From Oopsacas minuta (taxonomy: Eukaryota > Animalia > Porifera), in assembly GCA_024704765.1 (NCBI GenBank), contig JAKMXF010000108.1, positions 5,131 through 22,228 of the forward strand: DNA of 17,098 nt. Direction: 5' to 3'. The translations under genes and the position numbers were made by a program. The notes below the pieces were generated by a model. That model ran no database searches, was not told where the DNA came from, and worked only from the letters and a program-made list of their open reading frames with translations. Numbering within the stretch: position 1 is the first letter of the stretch; each line of letters starts with the position of its first letter. This document shows, piece after piece, positions 9,742 through 17,098 of this stretch.

Positions 9742-10012
9742 CAGGGTGTTTCACAATTGATGTTGTATTTTCTAAATTTGTTTATTATGCACCCATGCAA
9801 TAATATCTGTGTATTTAAACTTGCAATCGTAATTAATCTTACAGGCTTCTATTGAGTAATTATTTCATTCCTCAATCGAAATATTTTATAGCTTCTATTT
9901 CCATATCCAAATTGGGCTAATTATTTGCATAATATAATGGTGAAAGAATACAGTATCATGATTCGCTCACAGGCTGTTGGCATGCAACAAGCTGGCTCTT
10001 CTCAGAAGTTTG
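9742..10012 (+). mobile_element. Tc1-like element, 5' end with start of transposase (cut by gap at 10013)
   Basis: TA + CAGGGTGTTTCACAATTGATG (19/21 to the TIR at 15636); ATG 9937 gives MVKEYSIMIRSQAVGMQQAGSSQKF (Tc1 HTH start). Confidence 0.8.
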
Positions 10013-10111
10013 NAAATATTAATCTTTAGTGTATTCTCAACAAGTAGACATAAAATTAGATCATATACTTTCATATTTATTGTTTCTGGGTTACGCTAAG
10101 AAATCTCCCTA

Positions 10112-10138
10112 GTGTTGCAATAATTATTGGACATACTG
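10112..10138 (-). repeat. Tc1-type TIR, right end (inward CAGTATGTCCAATAATTATTGCAACAC)
   Basis: 27/27 identical to 17003-17029 in inverted orientation; flanked by TA (10139-10140). Confidence 0.92.
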
Positions 10139-10140
10139 TA

Positions 10141-10962
10141 TAATATTAATTTGCTCCTTTTGACCTTTCTATCAGAGATATACAGAATTGGACAGTGGGC
10201 TTAATTGATCACTTGATAATCTCCATGCTGTACCCCAGTCTTGAGTTTAAATTATCACACCTTTTGACTTATTTTATATTGTTTGTTAACAGTTAATAGA
10301 ACGTGTTGTCTTAAGACAAGGCATATCTTAATTGATGAGTCCTAGCGGAACGAAACACCACTATAGTATGTATATCCTTAAAAAATATAATTTATGAATC
10401 TTTAACTTCATTTATCTCAAAACTATGTTTTTCGCCATATAGCCTATTGTTTTTGAAGAAAGATTAATTCTTATGCTCTGAAAATTTTGGGGAAGCATTT
10501 ATGAAATGTTATCTAAAATTTGGACCACAATTGGAATGAATAAACGAATAATTTTCATGATATCCCAGCCTAGGTCCTGCGGACTCCGGTTTTTAGCCTA
10601 TTTTTACCAAGCCCCCCTTCATCCGTTAATATCTTCTTATTGGAGCGGTACTTCGGGCCTAATTGTAGTCCAGAAATTAGAACTACATATGGTAAGCATA
10701 TATAACAATTTAAAAGTCTTAGGCAATAGTCCTTCATCAAAAAAAATCAGAAAATATGTACCTAACTTTAATGTTAAGCCCATGGGAGGACTTTTGCCAC
10801 CTTTTCATGCCCAATTCGTGATTCACACTAGATACATCGGGGTTTATGATTATTATCTCTTAGTTTGCCAAGTCCAACGAACTGGAATACATTAAGGAAG
10901 TAGAATAGCATATACTTTAGAAAATAGCCCATATCGTGATACAAAGTTCGCGGCAAGACTCC
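10141..10962. mobile_element. TTAA-flanked element, right part (Kolobok-like)
   Basis: Ends AAAGTTCGCGGCAAGACTCC + TTAA (10963-10966); 18/20 inverted match to 16165-16184; GG..CC termini with TTAA fit Kolobok. Left extent is assumed. Confidence 0.6.
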
Positions 10963-11602
10963 TTAACAATGTTGATATACTAACTGACTTGGATGAAGAA
11001 TATCTCAACATGTTTTCTATTTCTAAATGCTGCACTAGAAAGGAACATTAAAAGATGAAGATAGTGTTAATCCTAGTCCTTTATTTGACTATAATATGAA
11101 TAAATCTACTTAATATCCTAAAATTGCAACAAAAATTGCCAAATATTCCTCGTTGGGGTCAAGTTCAGATGGCTGTACAACTGTGTGTAATTCAGGCGAT
11201 ATTTCACTATATGACCCTTTCTTCAATGCCTATTCTGATAAGATATCAGTAGTTTCACCTAGAAATCCTCTCAATGCAACAGTTTTTCGCTATTTCAGTG
11301 ACAGTGGGAACGACCATGTTAATATACTTGTAGATTAGGACGGATCGAGATAAGTATAAATCGTCGCTTCAACTTCTACCTAAGGGGAAGTTGCCTTTAC
11401 CCTTTTCTAGGCAAATGTGAGACTATAATTTGAAAAGAAATTTCGATCTGACCCTTGCCGTTTAATATTTTTGCTGTGTCACATTCGCAAAATTGATTTA
11501 AAATGTCAGAAATTTCAAATTCCTTTGACTTAGCCCCTTTATATAAATTATTTGGTAATAATAAGTCGCATATTTGCTATTGAATGGTGTATTCATCTAA
11601 TT

Positions 11603-13379
11603 CAGGGGTTTTCAAACTTTTTCTGACCACGACCCACTTTCCAATTTTTTAAAGCGTTCGCGCCCCACGCGATGAAGGCATAACCAAAACATAAATTTCA
11701 AAATGTATATACTTAACTCGTAAATATTATTCTAATGTAAATTTACTACACCTACAATACTAATAATTATCACACATGATAATTTAATGTGATTTTTGTT
11801 GCTGTTTTTCATCAACTAGCTTTTGAATTCTAGGCAGTGTTATTGCTAAGCAGCAGCGTAGATCTGGTTCGACATTAAGTCTATTTCTAGCCTTCGTTTT
11901 GATTACTAGCATGCTACAAAACGCCGCTTCACAGAAATATGTTGTAGGAATGGCATGAGTAACTTCAGGGCAATCTGTGATACTATTGGATAATTTCCAA
12001 GCACAGAACTCCAAAAAGATGGCAAATCAACTCTTGAAAATAATGTTTGTGCCCTGAATCGTTTACAAGTTTGACGAAATCCTCCTGTGCTGCATCGTGA
12101 TTGTCAGTAATGCAGTCATCTATTTTGGCCAGAAAAGGATTTCGAACAAGATTGAAATTGGATTTGTTGTATCTGGAAAGTATCTAGAGAATTCATCTCT
12201 TAGTGATTGCAAATGAGTTGCAATGTCATTTTGCAAAGCTTCGCTGATACTAATTTTGCAATCTTCAACATAGCTAGAGGAGTAAGAAAACATTGTAATC
12301 CTATCACTATATATCCTGTTTCTCTAGAGGTCGAGCATTGCTTAAAAGGCAGAAAACTTGTCTACAAAATCCATAATATTACTATCTTTACCTTGCAATG
12401 AGAAGTTCAGAGTATTGAGACTTTCAAAAATATCGCAAAGATAACAAAGTCTAGTAATCCATTCGTGATTTTCGAATAAATCATGCCAATGCATCCGCTT
12501 TTGGAGTTTTAAAAGTTCTGTTGTTTCTTCCTTGATGTCTAGAACACGTTTCAAGACATTGCCCTTTGAAAGCCATCTGACTTCAGTGTGATATAACAGA
12601 TTCATATGCGCAGCACTCATATCTAAACAAAGATTTCAGTAGTGACGAATGTTGAATGCGCTACTTTTGAACGAAATTGACTATTGTAATTACCTCCTGC
12701 AAGATAGCATTTAGCGAGGCTGGCAAAGTCTTCGCTGCAAGGGCTTCTCGGTGAATCATACAGTGATTTGTTATCACATCAGGGACAAACTGTCAAACGC
12801 GTGTCTGGAACCCAGAATGGCTTCCCAACATAGAAGGAGCGCCATCTGTGCAAATAGCCCCAAATTTTTTTCCAATCGAGACCTTTTTTTACAAAAAAGG
12901 TGTTTCCTTTGTTTGAAAACATCAATTCCACGTGTTTGAGAATCAAGTGGCTGACAAAACAGGAACTCTTCTTTGAAGTTAGAATCGTGGATATAACGTA
13001 CATATATCATCAGCTGAGCACAAGAAGAAACATCAGTTGACTCATCTAATTGCAAAACAAAGATGGGTGACTGTTTGATTTGCTCCACAACTTGGTTCTT
13101 AATATCCTCTGACATTTCTTGATTTCTGCGCTGAACAGTGTTATCTGAAATTGACAGCAAACTTAGATCTATACTGCATCTGCTCTAATCATTATGCCCA
13201 GAATCTCTTTCGTGCAGGGCAAAACTAGCTCTTCACCAATAGTATGGGGTTTCTTAGATTTAGAAATACGTAGTGACACAACATATGATGCTTCAACTGC
13301 GGCTCTTATAGTGATAGCTGTCTGTCCTGTCATATCAAGTCTAGATTTCTTGACGGATTGAGATTGTCTTTGGAAGAAA
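11603..13379 (-). mobile_element. hAT element of the Buster/Charlie group, 3' end plus most of the transposase; runs into the N-gap
   Basis: TIR CAGGGGTTTTCAAACT at 11603, flanked by the 8-mer ATCTAATT (nnnTAnnn, Buster target pattern). Confidence 0.92.
11784..13379 (-). pseudogene. Buster-type hAT transposase (ZBED5/SCAND3-like family), frameshifted
   Basis: EASY...KKPHTIGEELVLP; SDNTVQRR; LQLDESTD; CTDGAPSMLG; HCMIHREALAAK; HTEVRWLSKG; TTYFCEAAFCSM; RIQKLV...QQQKSH*. Confidence 0.95.
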
Positions 13380-13567
13380 NNNNNNNNNNNNNNNNNNNNN
13401 NNNNNNNNNNNNNNNNNNNNNNNNNNNNNNNNNNNNNNNNNNNNNNNNNNNNNNNNNNNNNNNNNNNNNNNNNNNNNNNNNNNNNNNNNNNNNNNNNNNN
13501 NNNNNNNNNNNNNNNNNNNNNNNNNNNNNNNNNNNNNNNNNNNNNNNNNNNNNNNNNNNNNNNNNNN
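13380..13567. other. Assembly gap (N-run); single-N gaps also at 1382 and 10013
   Basis: Seen directly; unrelated elements lie on either side of each gap. Confidence 0.98.
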
Positions 13568-14224
13568 TAAGATCCTGAGTAATGAATTCTACTATGGATG
13601 ATATCGTTCAAATACTTTTGTCCACTGTCTGTAATTCTAATAGAAGAATACACACAGACGAACTCTCATTAATATGTCACGAACTTTATCAGCTGGTTTT
13701 GACGCAATTTCTTGGGCTAACATAACCGCTAGAATGCACAAACCGCTAGCTCATGCAGCAAGCATTATTTCTGATTATAATGATGGTTATGGACTGGAAT
13801 AGTTATCGGAGGAAGGTCTGGAGTCAGGCAATAAGTTACTCAGAAGATTTAGAGAACGTTTGTTGAGGAAGTTTTCTTTTGAAGAAAACTTAAAAGATGT
13901 TTTCTCACGGAACATCTGCCAAAGTGATCCGCTTCTTCTACTAAACAGAAAGATGCGGAAAAGTACCTCGAGTAAAAGCGATACTCTTAGTAAACAAGAT
14001 CTTATTGTTAATTCCCTCATAATAGAGGATGATTAAGTATATTTCTAAAAATTATATTGACATTCCAATGACATCATAACTCGTGATTCCGAAGCCGTAT
14101 ATAAATTCTGATAGTGTAATTCTGTCGTATAGGGTAGATAACCTACACGTCAATAATACATCATAAATGCATATCTGTTACATAAATTGCTATTTCCACC
14201 AAACTGTCATTTCGTGCCACTATG
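13568..14224 (+). mobile_element. Transib (RAG1-core-like) copy C, 3' part with right end
   Basis: Transposase C-terminus; end reads inward CATAGTGGC (one change from CACAGTG) and aligns in register with end A; followed by CCCTG (candidate TSD). Confidence 0.88.
13582..14036 (+). pseudogene. Transib/RAG1-like transposase C-terminal region with Zn-ligand His pair and catalytic Glu motif
   Basis: ...ICHELYQLVLTQF(frameshift)WANITARMHKPLAHAASIISDYNDGYGLE*LSEEGLESGNKLLRRFRERLLRKFSFEENLKDVFSRNICQSDPLL...EDD*; one frameshift (~13711) and one stop (13800-13802). Missed by the ORF track. Confidence 0.92.
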
Positions 14225-14956
14225 CCCTGTGGCTGGTGATGAATCTTGCTGGAATATCCACTTGACGTTTTTGAAATGTTTCCGTCCCCAGGGCTTCAAA
14301 ACCTTCTAGGGAATATCATCACGATGTACAGTCTGATCAATTTTGACCCCTTGGGGCAATAACTAAGGGCGTCCGACCTGTCGAAGTTACCCCTGCCCAT
14401 ACCATGACTGATATCGGTTTTTCAGTTCTAAAAACCCGAAAAGTGTCCTGAGGGAGTGCATCCTTACTAAGAACCAGAATTCTGTCGTTATGCTTATTCA
14501 AAGACTATTCAACCATGAATCATTTTCATCCGAGAAGATAATTTGTTTGTGTAGTCCTCTAGTGAAACGCAAAAGCATCGCCTTGCTTCTTAGTAGCCTC
14601 TTTTGTTTAGTTTGAGTCGTGAGAAGTTGGTGCTTATGAATTTTATAGGCTTTCATTCCTATATCATGACGTACTGGTCGCATCATCGATTCTTTGCTGG
14701 TTTTCATTTGTTTTGCCATTTTTCGCATACTTCTGGCCGGATTTCGCCTGATCTGACGAATGACGTTCTTCCGCATATCAACAGTCCTCACAGACCTCGG
14801 TCGTCCAGGCCTATGCTTATCAGCAATGCTTTTAGTATTGGCGTAGCGTTTTAGAGTACGAGAGATAAACATTTGCCTTCCTTAAGCAAATAGGCAATCT
14901 GACTTCGAGACTTTCCAGAGGTAAATAACTCAATTGCTGCTGTTTCTAGACCGCAT
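14225..14956 (-). pseudogene. maT-like transposase, N-terminus to second catalytic Asp, frameshifted
   Basis: AAIELFTSGKSRSQIA; RPGRPRSVRT; RRNPARSMRKMA; IIFSDE; NKHNDRI; KPISVMVWAGVTSTGRTPLV; WIFQQDSSPA(H)R. Confidence 0.92.
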
Positions 14957-15114
14957 GAGCGTGGAAATGTTTTCTTCCCAAAACGCGTAAATATATGCTA
15001 AATCAATGGAATAATAGTCGATTAATAATTGTGAATCAAATTATCCACTATTCAAGTACTAGATTTATAATGTAGGTTGTGTATAATTGGTAACAGTACT
15101 AATGGGTCACTCTG
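14225..15114 (-). mobile_element. maT-like mariner, 5' part with left TIR
   Basis: TIR inward CAGAGTGACCCATTAGTACTG ending at 15114, TA at 15115-15116; truncated just after the second catalytic Asp by the Transib C end. Confidence 0.9.
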
Positions 15115-15116
15115 TA

Positions 15117-15159
15117 TTTCATTTCCAAAAGGGGACGTCAATTTCTTAACACCACCCTG
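15117..15159 (-). repeat. Isolated Tc1/mariner-type terminal fragment (inward CAGGGTGGTGTTAAGAAATTGACGTCCCC)
   Basis: Bounded by TA at 15160-15161 and by the maT insertion TA at 15115-15116. Confidence 0.65.
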
Positions 15160-15161
15160 TA

Positions 15162-15633
15162 TTGGATCAGGAAACTAAAGTTTCATTATTCAGGACAAGT
15201 CAAAGTGATTTCTCTGTACCTTTTGAAATGCAAGGGTCTCTATGTTATTGTAACAAGCTGGATTCCTGCGTTTAAACCCAGAAGATAAAGGAGACAAAAA
15301 AGCGCTTAAATAAAAGCACATGCTTCGTGTAGGTGTTCAACACGAACCATCAGAGTGGCGTCTCTTCATTGACTCTTCTATGTACAGCCTCAAGGCGGTC
15401 GTACTTCACAAAGGTAATGTATTACTTTCCATACGAATAGGTTATTCAGTACATATGAAGGAGTCTTATGAGAATATGGATATCTTATTGAAACTGATCA
15501 GATGTAACTCCTACAATTGGCACATCTGTGGTGATATGAAGGCAATTCGACATTTGTTGGGTATGCAACCTGGATACAGGAAATATTGTTGTTTCCTCTG
15601 TGAACGGGATAGTAGAGCAAGGCAATCCCACTA
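15162..15633 (+). pseudogene. Chapaev-like (CMC superfamily) transposase internal fragment
   Basis: ETKVSLFR...GSLCYCN; HEPSEWRLFIDSSMYSLKAVVLH; SVHMKESYEN; WHICGDMK; LLGMQPGYRKYCCFLCERDSRAR (D1, D2, CxxC). Transposase call is strong; the family name is from motif recall. Confidence 0.78.
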
Positions 15634-15635
15634 TA

Positions 15636-16160
15636 CAGGGCGTTTCATAATTGATGCCCTATTCAGTTTTAACACACTTTATAGAATACCCATTAGTACT
15701 ATTTAACTAGTTGAACTATTCAGCATATATCTCCATAATATGACTGTGTAGTAGCTTTTAACGTATTTGCTTCATTCTAAACTATATTATTCATTAGCCT
15801 ATTCGGATATTGGTTATTCTATCCATTGGCTCAAAAAATAATGGCCATAGAACAGACTATTCAAACTTGTAATAGAGCAATTGGCATTTTGCAGGGTGGG
15901 TTGACGCGGAAATCGGATGCTCAACAGATTGGAGTTAATATCCGAACAGTTCGTCATTGGTGGTTGTGGTTTCTTGGAGGTCAGTCGCTCAAAAACAAAA
16001 GGGGTCGTGGCCGAATAGCATCAGTCCCAATCCTAGCAAAATAGTCATCCCTAAGTCGACCCAGAAATACACCAATCAACCAGATCCATCTTTCGGAAGT
16101 TGAAACCCAAAGGATATTCTTTATCATACAGCACCGTATATCGCTATTTACAGAATACCC
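15636..16160 (+). mobile_element. Tc1-like element, 5' part with degraded bipartite HTH (ATG 15841)
   Basis: TA + CAGGGCGTTTCATAATTGATG; RAIGILQGG...IGVNIRTVRHWW...RGRGR; QSTR...KGYSLSYSTVYRYLQN; interrupted at TTAA 16161-16164. Confidence 0.85.
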
Positions 16161-16164
16161 TTAA

Positions 16165-17000
16165 GGTGTCTTGCCGCGAAATTTGGTCATTTTTTAGGCA
16201 AATTTGTTTTATTGAGTTTAGTATTTGGAAACATACGTGTATTGTTATCATTCCTACATTGAAATTTTTTAAATCCGAGTATTCTAGTGTGAGTTATATA
16301 ACAATTTGTGGCGTCATCTTCTTCTAAAAATAGCCATTTTTTCAAAAATTATATATTTGATCTCACTTATTATTAATTCATGCGTTTACTCTTTTGTGTA
16401 AAAATGACGTAGGTTCAGATTCATCATTTCCTGCGGGCTTTAATAAAAGCCAGCTCGCCACGAAGCCTCCCAGAACCTGCGTCGGTTACTTTCCTCATGG
16501 AAGGTTCGCAATGCATACCCATCAGATTGACATTGGGCGGAAGAACTCCACCAAAATAATGGCCACTGTATACGTAGATCATTGGCCTTGACCCTCTTAG
16601 CACTTGGAATGGGCGCATTGAACGTCGCGAACGTCGTCCCCTTGCAAAACGTTCCCATTTTACAAAGAGGCTAGTGACCTGCTCACGTTCATGTTTCTCC
16701 ATTTTCACGTCTCCGAGAATCTGGATTTAGGCCTCCCGATTTTGGGTGTGCTGAGCGATAGAAATAAAATTTTTGAGTTCTTGAATTTGTGACATTACTC
16801 GTTATGCTATTGCTATATGCAATGCATTTTATATGATACTTTCTTAGAGAATATGCATGACAGAGTATGTGCATACTCGTATATCCGTAATTTCTACTAC
16901 TTGGGTGGTATAAACACCATGTTATAGTTTTACTTAGATACAATAGTGAATGTATTTTTAGCTCTAATAATATCTTTTACCCTTACTACACTTAGTCATA
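16165..17000. mobile_element. TTAA-flanked element, left part (Kolobok-like)
   Basis: TTAA + GGTGTCTTGCCGCGAAATTT, 18/20 to the inverted end at 10943-10962. Right extent is assumed (next insertion at TA 17001-17002). Confidence 0.6.
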
Positions 17001-17002
17001 TA

Positions 17003-17098
17003 CAGTATGTCCAATAATTATTGCAACACATCATTATTTCTATTTCAACCACTGCTATAGTTCTAGTTGATAAGTAGTAGTTACTGTACTAATATAGA
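17003..17098 (+). mobile_element. Tc1-type element left end (continues beyond window)
   Basis: TA + 27-bp TIR identical to 10112-10138 inverted. Confidence 0.88.

Noticed and set aside
10191-10345. GACAGTGGGC followed about 144 bp later by ATGAGTCCT as a fourth Transib end
   Set aside because: Terminal C missing, spacing and palindrome do not match, none of the intermediate motifs are present, and no transposase is linked.
10506-10895. 129-aa ORF inside the Kolobok-like right part
   Set aside because: No recognisable motif or typical protein composition; likely chance.
11060-11340. Possible hAT C-terminal dimerisation remnant (YPKIATKIAKYSSLGSSS)
   Set aside because: The key ERxFS motif is absent; similarity is too weak to support.
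13330-13653. ORFs 13330-13653 and 13358-13570
   Set aside because: Artefacts of translating through the N-run; the two sides belong to different elements (hAT minus strand, Transib plus strand).
14218-14231. CACTATG (ProtoRAG-type heptamer) on the + strand, or CACAGGG on the - strand, as the true terminus
   Set aside because: CACTATG reads outward. Alignment with end A (TGGAAATAG register and the 147-bp spacing) places the terminus at 14224, read inward as CATAGTG; CACAGGG belongs to the mariner His-Arg codons.

Overview
This is AT-rich eukaryotic (probably invertebrate) DNA with no recognisable host gene, RNA gene or CRISPR array. Most of it is a nested set of decayed cut-and-paste DNA transposons, broken by assembly gaps (single N at 1382 and 10013; N-run 13380-13567). 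Recognisable pieces: three Transib/RAG1-core-like element fragments (right ends at 492 and 14224, left end at 3022); two DD37D maT mariner halves plus a maT left end; a DD41D (rosa/Visitor) mariner; several Tc1-like ends; two pogo/Tigger fragments; a two-gene PIF/Harbinger (HARBI1-like DDE plus Myb/SANT, convergent); a Buster-type hAT and a second hAT end; a Chapaev-like (CMC) transposase fragment; two TTAA-flanked Kolobok-like ends; and a ~59-bp minisatellite. The most striking signal is in the Transib ends: in all three, a CRE-like palindrome ATGAC(G/A)TCAT occupies positions 148-157 counted inward from the RSS-like CACAGTG terminus, although the intervening sequence is strongly diverged. 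One linked transposase fragment carries ESGNKLLRRFR, nearly identical to vertebrate RAG1. All family calls come from manual translation and motif recall; no database search was run.
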